Translations under genes and position numbers: made by a program
Shown: one piece after another, positions 52,700 through 64,000 of the stretch
Layout of the letters: each line of letters begins with the position of its first letter
Numbering within the stretch: the first letter of the stretch is position 1
Assembly: GCF_006345805.1 (NCBI RefSeq)
Contig: NC_042999.1
Span: 60,760,001-60,824,000, forward strand
Length of the DNA stretch: 64,000 bases
Direction of reading: 5' to 3'
Source: Octopus sinensis
Taxonomy: Eukaryota
The notes under the pieces: generated by a model
Database searches by the model: none
Seen by the model: the letters and a program-made list of their open reading frames with translations, nothing else
Told to the model about the DNA's origin: nothing

Positions 52700-53505
52700 A
52701 ATAGATATATTTACCAAATTTGCGTAAACATATCTTGAAATATTAAAGGATAAATTTTTTATTCAATAAAATTGCCATTGGCTTCAACCACGGCCTACAG
52801 ACGACTTTGGGATCTCCTGCAACTCTTCTGGATGGTTTCCTTGTTTAAGTTGGTGAATACTGCCATAGTCCTTATCTTCATTTCGTCTTTGGTGTTACGA
52901 GGGGTTTTGTTGATCCCTCGCTCAACTGCTTCCCACACTTAATAATCAAAAGGGTTGCAGTCTGGGGAGTTAGGTGGCCTGATGTTAGGAGTGGTGTGGT
53001 CGCAGTAATTGAATGACAGCCATAACTGGCTTCTCCTGCTTGTGAGGCATGGTTCACACTGCTGTTGCCAAACATAGAGTTTTCCAGTTGACGCAGGATA
53101 GTACTACCTCCACCAGGCACTTGATGTAGGCCTCCGTGTTGAGTATGAGGTCGTGTGGGAAGATGAATGGAAGCATAATGTTGCCATCACTAGTGTCACT
53201 CCAAACACCATGATGTTGACTGGATGTTTGATTCTTATCGCTCTCATTTTGGGGACACGGCAAGGCAATGGTTTTTCTGTATACTCACCATCTGCACGTA
53301 TTGGAGCTTCTAACTCGAATGCCAAGCAGCACAGCATGTTGTTTCCAAATTTCTGGCAGAGTGAATTGCATCATGGTGCTGTTTTCCTCACAGACGGTGT
53401 CCAACAGACCTTACTATTCTGTGTATTCGACAAGATCAAAAACAAACACTGCGCATGCGCGAAATAAAAAATATATAATGGTAACAATTTACCCATCGCA
53501 ACCTG
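52700..53505 (-). mobile_element. Internally deleted Tc1/mariner-superfamily element (maT/DD37D-like)
   Basis: 5' end CAGGTTGCGATGGGTAAATTG; N-terminus MMQFTLPEIWKQHAVLLGIR joined to KHPVNIMVFG..FIFPH..NTEAYIKCL..WQQ..PCLTS..PPNSPDCNP. Confidence 0.7.
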
Positions 53506-53985
53506 CATGTGTGTGCGCGTGTGTTTGTGTGTGTGTGTGTGTATGCATAAGTTTCTATATATTAATACGATGAAGGAAAATGTCTGACTCTGTGGTTGGT
53601 TGAAGGTAGAGGAGATTAAAAGAAGACAGAGTGAGAAACAGAAAGACGGAGTATGTGTTTACTGAAAAGAAAACTAAAAGTGTTAGTTTTTTTGATGTTT
53701 TGTCTCTAATTTTTATATCACACATCAGTTACGGCATGCGCTGTAGTGAATGAACTATCATCTACTAATTTAAAACTTGGAAAATATGGCCAACAACAAA
53801 CGATGTAAAACTAATAAGAGGAAAGAATGATAAGGTTTAGTAAGGGTTTTTTAAAAATAATTTTTTAAAAAAATAACATTTCAAATTTGTTAAAAGTTTA
53901 CCAGTGTAGTAAAGTAGAATAATACCATAGATAATAATGATTTTGGTTTCGTTCCATATTCAATAATGTTTATTTGTTAACATGT

Positions 53986-54242
53986 GGAGGCGCGTGGCTT
54001 AGTGGTTAGGGTGTCGGCACTATGATCGTAAGATTGTGATTCCGATTCCTGGACCGGGCGACACGTTCTGTTCTTGAGCAAAACACTTCATTTCGCGTTG
54101 CTCCAGTCCACTCAGCTGGCAAACATTAGCAACGCTGCGATGGACTGACGTCCGTCCAGCTGAGAATCACATACGCCATAGAAACCGGGAAACCGGGCCC
54201 CAGAGCCTGGCTAGGCTTTAAAAGGGCGCATTTTTCTATTTC
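53986..54242 (+). mobile_element. tRNA-derived SINE-D with 14-bp TSD
   Basis: Head ggaggcgcgtggcttagtggttagg; TSD ttatttgttaacat at 53970-53983 and 54243-54256. Confidence 0.85.
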
Positions 54243-54387
54243 TTATTTGTTAACATAAAGTGAAAAGTAACTGATAGCACACAAACTAGAAAACGTAGAA
54301 ATATAATAGTTTTCAGAGATTTCGTTTCTTGAGTTTCCTCCTTTAATTCTACTTATAAGGGGTTTTACAGTATCTGAAGGTCTTTAA

Positions 54388-54780
54388 AGTCGGTGAGCTG
54401 GTAGAAACGTTTGCACGCCGGGCGAAATGCTTAGCAGTATTTCGTCTGCCGCTATGTTCTGAGTTCAAATTCCGTCGAGGTCGACTTTGCCTTTCATCCT
54501 TTCGGGGTCGATTAAATAAGTACCAGTTACGCACTGGGGTCGATGTAATCGACTTAATCCGTTTGTTTGTCCTTGTTTGTCCTCTCTGGGTTTACCCCCT
54601 TGTGGGCAGTAAAGAAATAGGTATTTCGTCTGCCGCTACGTTCTGAGTTCAAATTCCGCAGAGATCGACTTTGCCTTTCATCCTTTCGGGCCCGATAAAT
54701 TAAGTACCCGTGGAGTATTAGGGTCGATGTAATCAATTATTTCCTTCCCCCACATTTCAGGGCTTCTGCCTAAGGGAGAG
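54388..54780 (+). mobile_element. SINE-A dimer/nested pair
   Basis: Junction aaagaaata|ggtatttcgtctgccgctacg at 54619/54620, the same junction as at 14727/14728. Confidence 0.9.
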
Positions 54781-55663
54781 ATGGTTATCTCAAGTTTTTA
54801 ACTGTCCAGGAAAATATACTATTCTATCTAACAATTTTGAAAATAACCGCGAAATTTACATGGGGTACTACTAATGTGTATATATCCAGAAACGATGAAA
54901 GTGAAGCTCAGAGATTTGTAACAGCGTGATTCATCCTCTGTGATGATCTAATCCACTTTATACAAACACTAACACGCACACTAACACATACATTCATACA
55001 TATAAATGTGTGTGTGTGTGTGTGTGTGTTTATGTGCGTATAAGCGTGTGTGTGTGTATGTTATGTATATCTATGTGTATGTGTGAGTGCGTTATAACAT
55101 AGTTTGTACTTTTAAGTACTAATTATTTTGCAATCAATTATCTTATTTTTATTTCCAATCGGTCTCAGTTTATTTTCCCTTGTGATGAAATAAAGAAATA
55201 TTTTTAATTATATTAATTTTGATATTCATAATTTTATCATTATTAAAATTAATTTCATATCAATCATCTTATTGCGTTCACCATCAATTAGCGCAGTTTT
55301 CTTAGCATTGGTCGCTTATATCAATTTTACATTTTCCACTGTAATTTGCATTGTCAATTCTGTTACGTTTATTGTGCGTGCTTTTCACTGGAACTGACTC
55401 GTAACTATATTCAAGTGGAGACTAATATCCTTTAACACCGTATTCTTGTGCCTCGTTTTCATATAGACGTATTTTCATCGATTTTCTCTTACTGTCTTCT
55501 CTCGTTCATAAACGTGATATATTCAATCATTTTACCGAATATTGCCTTCTTTAAAGCAAGCAGGCAATAGCTGCGTTATTCAGTGTTTATACATCAACTT
55601 CTGAACATGCATTGTTATATTACCAACATGCAGAAGAAAAAAAAAACTCTTTTGCTCTATACT

Positions 55664-56093
55664 CTTTTACTCTTTTACTTCTTTCAGTCATTTGACTGCA
55701 GCCATGCTGGAGCACCGCCTTTAGTCGAGCAAATCGACCCCAGGACTTATTCTTTATAAGCCTAGTACTTATTCTATCGGTTTCTTTTGCCGAACCGTTA
55801 CGTTACGGGGACGTAAACACACCCGCGTCGGTTGTCAATGGAGGTTGTGGGGACAAACACACACACACACACACTCACATACACACACACACACAAACAT
55901 ATATATATATATATATACATACATATGTACGATGGGCTTCTTTTAGTTTCCGTCTACCAAATCCACTCACAAGTCTTTGGTCGGCCCGAGGCTATAGTAG
56001 AAGACACTTGCCCAAGGTACCACGCAGTAGGACTGAACCCGGAGCCATGTGGTTGGTAAGCAAGCTACTTATGACACAGCCACTCCTGCGCCT
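55664..56093 (-). mobile_element. Intact SINE-B (reference for the empty target site)
   Basis: ggcgcaggagtggctgtgtcataagtagcttgcttaccaaccacatgg.. through the tail aaaagagtaaaagagta. Confidence 0.9.
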
Positions 56094-56489
56094 AAGGAGC
56101 AAAAAAAAAAAGAAGAGAAAAAAAGGCGATGAGCTGAGAGAATCGTTTTGCACACCGGATAAAATGCTTAGCGACATTCCGTCCATCTTAAAGTTCTGAA
56201 TTCGAATTCCACCGAGGTTAGGTGCCCAGTTAACTCATTTGCTTAGCAATTAGGAAGGCTGCGTTCAGTCCGACAGAACGGCACCTTGGGCCATCATCTT
56301 GTAGCAGGAATATGATTCATACGAAGCGGGGGAAATGTAATTATTGTTTCATCCTCCGTTTACGGTGGACAGACACTCAGTGCACAGAAATATTTCAGTG
56401 AGTACGTTCTGTATTTTTTTCCTGAAATAAAAGGTATATAGTATCATTTTATCAAATGCGACATTCTACTTATAAGAACTTACGGTATG

Positions 56490-56853
56490 ACATGCAACGA
56501 TTTAGTGAATAGTTTTAGCAAGTTTTGTAACTCCTTACATGTTCCTATGCGTGGGAGCCTGTTGGTGTCATATTGGCTCTCTGGAAGTAGAGGTTGTTTA
56601 TGGAAGACTAGCAGTAACCCATGCATACCGGCCTCCCCTCTCCACGCAACCAGTGTTATCCAAGGGAAAGGCTAAGGGACCAATACAGCTGGGCAACTTT
56701 GACGTCGCAACTCATTTCTACAACTGAGTGAACTGGATCAACGTGAAATAAAATGTCTTGCTCAAGAACAAAACACCCAGCCCGGTCCGGGTTTCGAACT
56801 CACAACCTCACGATCGTAAATTCGACGCTCTAACCACTGAGACATGCGCCTTC
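56490..56853 (-). mobile_element. tRNA-derived SINE related to the SINE-D head
   Basis: Minus strand gaaggcgcatgtctcagtggttagagcgtcg..gagttcgaaacccgg (A and B boxes), then ttcttgagcaagac. Confidence 0.75.
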
Positions 56854-57372
56854 ACTCAGTTCATTTTAGAGAAAGTATATAAAACATCACTTTATGGAGG
56901 CTTACCAAACTAAGCTATATTACACAATATCATATCTATACTTTCATATAATACCATATATACTTCCTTGATAAAGCTGAAAATACCATAAAAACTGTCT
57001 CATGAACGGGAACGTGATAGTCTGAGTAATAGCTTTTGTGATGTCTTTGCATCTTTATTAGTAAAGCATATTACTCTACCTCCGGTATTCGAGTACTATC
57101 ATATATATATATATATATATATATATAACAACAAATTGAGGAACGGCCATAATTGGCCGTTCGACTCACTAGAAGAAGCAGTCAGGACTTCAACCGCAAA
57201 TAGTAGTAATTCCGTAAACAGAGAAAAATTAAAAAAACATTTACCCTGTTCATCTTTAGACAATGCATTGTTTCATCGTTTTTTATTGGTAAATCAGCCT
57301 GATTAAATTAAATCAAGTCAATTTTCCAAAGGCCAACGCAATTCATCAGTAAAGAGGCCAGGAGGGAGAGAA

Positions 57373-57590
57373 ATTACACGAGGCAGCTACCATTATGCTT
57401 CGGCAATATCTGACCTAAAATTTTCAAAATCATCGTACTCCCGCCAATTTATCGGCAGCAAATATAAGCTGCCGATTCCATTTCGGAATTAATCAGAAAA
57501 TTTGCTGCCGATAAACTGGCGCGAGTACGATGATTTTGAAAATTTTAGGTCAGATATTGCCGAAGCATTATGGTAGCTGCCTCGTGTAAT
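57373..57590. mobile_element. Fold-back MITE, 218 bp, ~90-bp inverted arms
   Basis: attacacgaggcagctacc..ggcagcaaat versus its reverse complement with a few mismatches and a unique ~35-bp loop. Confidence 0.7.
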
Positions 57591-57644
57591 ATATATATAT
57601 ATATATGTGTGTGTGTGTTTATAAATATTTATATTCATATATTT

Positions 57645-57950
57645 GGAGGCGCAATGGTCCAGTGGTTAGGGCAGCTGGCTCGTGGTCGTAGGATCGCGGT
57701 TTCGATTTTCAGACCGGGCGTTGTGAGTATTTATTGAGCGAAAACACCTAAAGCTCTACAAGGCTCCGACAGGGACCGGTGGCGATCCCTGCTATACTCT
57801 TTCGCCACAACTTTCTCTCATGCTTTCTTCTGTTGGCCTGCTCGGTTAGCCAGCGGGTTGGCCTCATTTGAAGGCTAAAACAATGCGAGGCGCATTGTGA
57901 CCAGCGATGTGTAGCAACATCTTATGCCTTGGTCGGTCACGGTGATAGTG
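57645..57950 (+). mobile_element. tRNA-derived SINE-C
   Basis: ggaggcgcaatggtccagtggttaggg..gtttcgatt; shares its 5' ~190 bp with the copy at 59708. Confidence 0.85.
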
Positions 57951-58078
57951 ATATATATATATTCGAGGGTATATGCATGTATGCATGTTTAAATATATGT
58001 ATGTTAACACAAATTTGCTAGCGAAAACTCACATATTATACTGAGTAGCTAGGAAAAAGAAACTAACACTAGCATTTA

Positions 58079-58662
58079 TTGGGTTGTCTGGAAAGTTCGT
58101 GCCGATTTATAGTAGCTTACCTTTCGACCTATTTTAGAACACGTTTGAGTCCATAAAATAGGATTTGACTACACCTCCATTTAGAGCACGGTTTAAGTTA
58201 TCTTTTCATGGAAGAAGGTTAATGTTCCTATAACCTGTGTTAATTCTGTAACCCTTTAAAATGGAAGATAAGAAAGTTAATTTTCGTCACTTGATGCTTT
58301 TCTTTTTCCGTAAAGGGAAAAATGCCTCACAAGCAACCAAAGAAATATGCGCAGTTTATGGTGATGTTTCTTTATCCCCCCCCCCCACCAAAAAAAAAAA
58401 GAAAAAACTGTACAGAAGTGGTTCGCAAGGTTCCGAGCTTATTGATAAAGAGTGATCAGGCGGACCCTCCACTAAAGATGATGACCAAATCGAGTCATTG
58501 ATTGAGAATAACCCACATTGTACAACCCGAGAATTGGCAGAAAACCTCAACCTATCAAAAGCTGTCGTTCATAAGCACCTGGTAAAGCTTGGGTAATGGC
58601 AAGTATTTATTGACCTTTTGTCTTTCCTTTAAAAATTGGCACGAACTTTCCGAACAACCCAA
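58079..58662 (+). mobile_element. Internally deleted mariner with TIRs and TA TSD
   Basis: TIRs ttgggttgtctggaaagttcgtgccgattt / aaattggcacgaactttccgaacaacccaa; TA at 58077-58078 and 58663-58664; transposase N-terminus MEDKKVNFRHLMLFFFRKGKNASQATKEICAVYGD..SGGPST..IENNPHCTTRELAE. Confidence 0.9.
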
Positions 58663-59479
58663 TAGTTTTCGGTTATTTATTACATCTAAAGACAAAGAAA
58701 AAAATTACATATGTAATTAGCTGTCAAGTTTCATTTCTATTGTGTAATGGTTGCCATCACCTTCACTTGCTTGCTTAAAAAGGCTGCATTGATGTTCTTA
58801 GTAATATCTACCTCATGAGAATTTGCCATTTTGTCTTAAGTGTACACACATTTTGAAACATTTTTGAAAACGAAAGGGTATTTTCTGGAATTCAGTGCTG
58901 ACTTGAAGAATCCACTTTAAAATTGCTTTGAGGTTCTTTTTTGTCACTAGAACAGTTGACCTTTTCTGTTTAGCTGAAATGATAGGTTCTTCTATTGGCT
59001 TTGAACTTTGAATATGTGTGGCAGCACTAATAAAATTAACGATGCACTTGGAAAGCGACTCAGAGAGAGTCTATGGAAGTAAGGCATGGCATAGTTATAT
59101 AAGTTAAATTCTTATGCAACCATGTATATTTTATTTGTGCCAAATGCTTACTGAAAATTAAGGTTATTGATTTTACTGTAAAAATAAAGAATTTTAGCTC
59201 CTATCAAACTTTAGTAATATGTATAAATCCATAAATGAAACATTTGATGTCGAACCTAGATCACACTAACCAAATTGGAGACATAAATATTGATCTCTAA
59301 TGCAGACAAAATGTTTTATATTTATGGTGAGCATAAAATCGATTAAGATTATCTTTATGTACGTCGATGGCAACCAACTTCAAATTATATAGCTCTGAGG
59401 GACGAAAGTTAATACAGACATTAGCAGGATTCGAAATCCAAGCATAGATATGCGAAAATAGATTGAAGATTATTGTACA

Positions 59480-59700
59480 ACGTCCTATCCCTTCTGCCAA
59501 ACCGCCGCTTTATTCTTTAATTTTTTAGGTACTAGGCCCGCAATCTTGAGGGAGCAGGTAGTGGATTACATCAGTCCCAGATCTTGATTGGTATTTATTT
59601 TATCCATCACATAATAATGAAACGTTATTCGGAATCAAAACGTAAACACGGACGAAATCCTGCTAAACATTTCTTCCGACATATTAATGATTCTGTCAGC
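59480..59700 (-). mobile_element. Degenerate SINE-A hosting the SINE-C insertion at its head
   Basis: Reverse complement of gaatcgttagc..gaaatgcttagc..tttcgtc..aaataagtaccag. Confidence 0.55.
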
Positions 59701-59707
59701 TCATTGT

Positions 59708-60099
59708 GGAGGCGCAATGGCCCAGTGGTTAAGGCAGCGGACTCGCGGTCATAGGATCGCGGTTTCGATTCCTAGACCGGGCGTTATGAGTGTTTATTGA
59801 GCGAAAACACCTGAAGCTCCACGAGGCTCCGACAGGGGATGGTAGTGATCTCTGCTGTACTCTTTCACCACAACTTTCTCTCACTCTTACTTCCTGTTTC
59901 TGTTGTACCTGTATTTCAAGGGGCCGGCCTTGTCACTCTCTGTGTCACGCTGAATATCCCCGAGAACTACGTTAAGGGGTACACGTGTCTGTGGAGTGCT
60001 CAGCCACTTACACGTTAATTTCACGAGCAGCCTGTTCCGTTGATTCGGATCAACCGGAACCCTCGTCGTCGTAACCGACGGAGTGCTTCCATCCATCCA
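59708..60099 (+). mobile_element. Full-length SINE-C with 15-bp TSD
   Basis: TSD tctgtcagctcattg at 59692-59706 and 60100-60114; (ATCC)n tail. Confidence 0.9.
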
Positions 60100-62639
60100 T
60101 CTGTCAGCTCATTGCCTTACTTGATTTAAATATCGAAAGCAGTTCCAGCTCTAAAGCCGAGGATAACAGTTCGAAATATTAAATATTTTTATCACTAGCT
60201 TTCAAGTATCTTCAATAACGATATCACACATCGTGTTATGTAAGAAACTATGATCAAATTTCTGACAAGATGACAAATTCCAAGCTGATACAAACGTTAA
60301 TTTAATGAAGGAAAGGGAAGTCATAAAACAGTCTGTTCCTCAGTCTGGCATTCAATTCAATGACTTTTAAATCCCAGAGTGTCATAGATAGATGTCAAAA
60401 ATTTTCGTTATTACTAAATTACTTTCCATTTCATTTTTGAATGCTTATTATTTTCGAAGAATTTATGAAACGCCATACTGAATACTTTGGCATAAATGAC
60501 CAAAGAATAAAAAAAAAGATAAGTTTTTGCTATTCATTTTCAGGACAGAGACGACAGCCGTTTGTATAGAGCTTCTATATATCTTATCTTTTGCAGACAT
60601 TTCATCTGTTTCCTCACTATAAATATGATTAGTATTTTCGCGTGCGTTTGATTATATGTGTGTATCTGTGAGCGTATGGGAATACATGCCGGAATTATAT
60701 ACGTTTTTTTCTTAATTAGCAATTTATATAGTACATATTTTACGAAAATTATCCATTAGAGTTATTGATATAAATCTGTAATATATCAGCCATCATTTAT
60801 TATCTAAATAATATTTTTATCAATGCAATCATCTATAATGTTGTCATTTTTCTCTTCTCTATTAAAATAATGAATACATATATAGATTCATGCATACGTA
60901 GTTATATCTGCACATACAAGCATACGTAGTTAAAATCATACATATTGGAAACATGCGTAGAAGCAAATATACTTACAAGGAAACCTACCTGCTGTGTTAC
61001 ATATTGTAAACATACATACGTACATGATAATATTTTTCCAATCTGTGCCGGCAAGTTAGATTTTTTTTCTTACTTCACTGAATGGCTCATAACAACAAAT
61101 TGTCTGCACATGGTACTTGTTTACAGTGAAATAAGTTTGTCAATACCATAATCAACTCTCTTATTTATGTTGTACAACAAGTACTTGTGATAATATTACT
61201 ACAAAATAGAAAAAAGTATGGAAGCATGGAAACATAAGTTCGGAATTTGAGCAAATACTACATGTCAGAAGATGATACAAATACGCCACTAAAACCCCTT
61301 TTTTTAATGGTAAGGTGGCTTGAGTATGATTTGGCTAGAATTTCCTGTAGAGTACGCCACCACATTTAAATAATTTCTTGGTCTAAGTGCATGAGATTTT
61401 CAGTTGAATCGTGTGTATGAAGAGTACGACTTCAAATAGGCACATACAGATAGGAATTTATTTCCCTATCGCTGCTTCTCTAAGGCACAGACAATGTCTG
61501 TGTATATTTGAATAAAATAAGAAACGAAGAAGTAACACAAGGAGGAATTATTTCTTACGCAAATAGCTTAATGGCTAATTCATTTCTTAGGTAATTTATA
61601 CTTACATTTTACCTGGCCAAAGAAACCTAAGTTTGTTTGCTTCATACTTTATTCTCAAGCGAATAGACAGATGCACATCAGCATCAGTAGAATAACAGCT
61701 GTTTCCTTTCAGCCTGGCATAAAATCTTACCACACACAGGTCAACATTTATTTTTATCCTCGTTGGACGCGTTTCGATAAATAACTTACCTGTTTAGTGC
61801 ATTGGACTGGCGGAATTGTTAGAACAAGTCAGGTATTGTCTTGCTGTATTTGCTTCGGGTTTTGTTCCCTGTGTACAAATTGCCCATTTCAGGACACACT
61901 TATGGTGTGGGTATGCTGTACAGTTCCCTCGGTGCCTAACGAAATACTGGCATTATTCTAATCTATGTATGTTGCAGCTTGATGTCTATAAATACCATAG
62001 GGCCCAGGGCATTTATTTGCCTGGGGTCCATAATGGTTCGTGCCTCACTTGTTTACTTAATTGGGATACTTAATCCATTGCATGACTTAACACCACCTCT
62101 TGGTCCTTGGGTTCCTTTAGCAGAGACCATTCTGTTACATGAATGAGAAAATATATCTTCGATTAGAGGATGTCAGACTCATCCCCACCCCTTTGATTAG
62201 AAGATCAATATAAAGAAACGCAGGCATTATCTCCTCCCTCATATCTAAACAATTGAGTTAGGTTGTAACTTTTGACTATTTTAAAGACACTTAAAACAGA
62301 ATATTTTTCCTAGTCATTCTAAATTTTGTTGGTTTATTTATTAACTACCAATCTAAATTGATATTCACACCAATACAACATTCTCCGGAAAAAACTTCCG
62401 TCCTGGACATGTTCACCCGCTCTGTCTGAACCAGCATCAAAATCTAATCCATATATGCAATTAATAAGTTTTGTAAGAAAAGGGTTACATAATCATTTTC
62501 ACTAGCTCATAACTGTTTCTGATATGAGGAATCGTGAACCGGGGACAGAGTACTCATGAGGTTTCTTATAGCTAACCAATTTATTTACAAGAGATATATC
62601 GCTATAGCGAAAAGTATTTAAAAGTGCAGACATTAATGT

Positions 62640-62960
62640 GTGGATAAGAAACATGATCCCAACGTATGGTCTTGGGTTCTATCCCACTGCGTGGTACTTT
62701 GGGTAGGTGTTTCCGACTGTAGCCTTGAGCCAAAGAAAATCGTGTGAATCAGTTTAGTAGACGCAAACTGAAAGAAGCTCATCGGATAACTATGTTTGTG
62801 TGACTTAATGTTTGTGTTATGTTTGTCCCCCCCCCCCCACACACACACTTTTTCATAACTCATGTTGGTGTATGCATGTCCATGCATCCAAGCGGATACA
62901 TGAAGTGGGTTTCTTTGACCAGGCCCCCTCAGTGAGGTCACCCGACAAGACTGCAAGGGA
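62640..62960 (+). mobile_element. Degenerate SINE-B-like copy
   Basis: tgtgtggataagaa..ttgggttctatcccactgcgtggtactttgggtaggtgt..aaactgaaagaagc. Confidence 0.65.
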
Positions 62961-63066
62961 GTGAATGAAACAAGTAAAATATAAATTACTCACACACACA
63001 CACACATATATATATGCAGTATGTATATATATATATATATATGTATGTATATATATATGCAGTATG

Positions 63067-63117
<51 letters not shown>

Positions 63118-63464
63118 TATATATATGTATGTATGCATTTGTAAGTTTAAATATTTATATGTGTTTGAGTGTTTGTCTGTGTAACTCCGTGTGTGGGAAC
63201 ATGCGCATCTTTTCGTGTGTTATGTCTTGCGTTAATTTGTTTGCGTCCCCAAAAGCTAGCAGTTCCGCCGAATAAGTATGAGAGAGTAGGTAGAAAACTC
63301 AAAACGCCTACTGGGGTTGCTTTGATGTACTAACGTCTTCAGGGTAGTCCTCAGCATGGCTGCAGCCAATAGCGGAGGTATCGAGAGGAACAAATGTATA
63401 TACGCACATGCGGTCATAAATAGATGTACACACATATGTATAGATGTTTGCATATATATATATA

Positions 63465-63526
<62 letters not shown>

Positions 63527-64000
63527 CTATGTATGCGTGTATGCATGTACGTATGTGTATTAGATTAGCTGACTGACTGCTTAGCTGGATAGATAAATAG
63601 ATAAACAGCTAGAGAAGCGAAGTAATAGTTTGGATGGGAGATAGAAAGAAGTTACTAGTTACAGACTGGTATATCTTAGAAGGAAATAGATCAAAGACGG
63701 AAGCAGATGGAACAAAATTGATGGAATCAAAGCCATCTAGCCAATTAATAAGAAGAGCCAGATAATTACAAAGGTCATTTTTATTATCTTTCAAATATTA
63801 TTTCAAAGGCAACTGATTAAATGGTATTTCTGTTTATTTCAACTCTTTAAGCCAGTTATCTCTCCCTTTCCTTTCTGACCCTTCTTCTCACTTTTTCCTC
63901 TCAATCTCTCCCTCTCCTTCTGACTCTCTCGCAGGCTTTTCTCTCTTTTTTCTTTCCTTTTTTTTCGGAATTGTGCTTCCTTTTCGTCTCTTTCTTATTT

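Noticed and set aside
53448-53461. NRF1-like TGCGCATGCGC motif
   Set aside because: It lies in the subterminal region of the maT-like transposon, so it is not evidence of a host promoter.
53986-59780. tRNA-like sequences at 53986, 56853, 57645 and 59708
   Set aside because: These are SINE heads with A/B boxes continuing into SINE bodies, two with clear TSDs; no complete cloverleaf.

Overview
AT-rich, microsatellite-dense eukaryotic DNA made almost entirely of repeats. The SINE families and repeat landscape resemble an octopus (coleoid cephalopod) genome; this is inferred from recalled sequence, not a database search. No host gene can be supported, and most ORF-track entries are translated microsatellites. 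The window holds decayed R4/Dong-like, CR1-like, Tx1-like and Penelope-like (PLE) retroelements, mariner and maT remnants, a non-autonomous Helitron, MITEs and at least four tRNA-derived SINE families (my labels SINE-A to D). Two candidate systems stand out. (1) A 4.1-unit tandem array of a ~446-bp non-coding monomer (32021-33902), each unit carrying a type I hammerhead ribozyme with a palindromic stem III, looks like a non-LTR retrozyme / circular-RNA template. Further hammerheads lie at 3982-4059 and 31811-31863, with a decayed one at 48422-48468. (2) Two tandem ~2.04-kb elements encode only an ORF1/gag-like CCHC protein and lack reverse transcriptase. Both sit at the same site in the tRNA-like head of a SINE, with target-site duplications of AAGTAGCTTGCT (36381-40523). 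One ends in a motif shared with Tx1 LINE copies in this window that sit in (TCTA)n.
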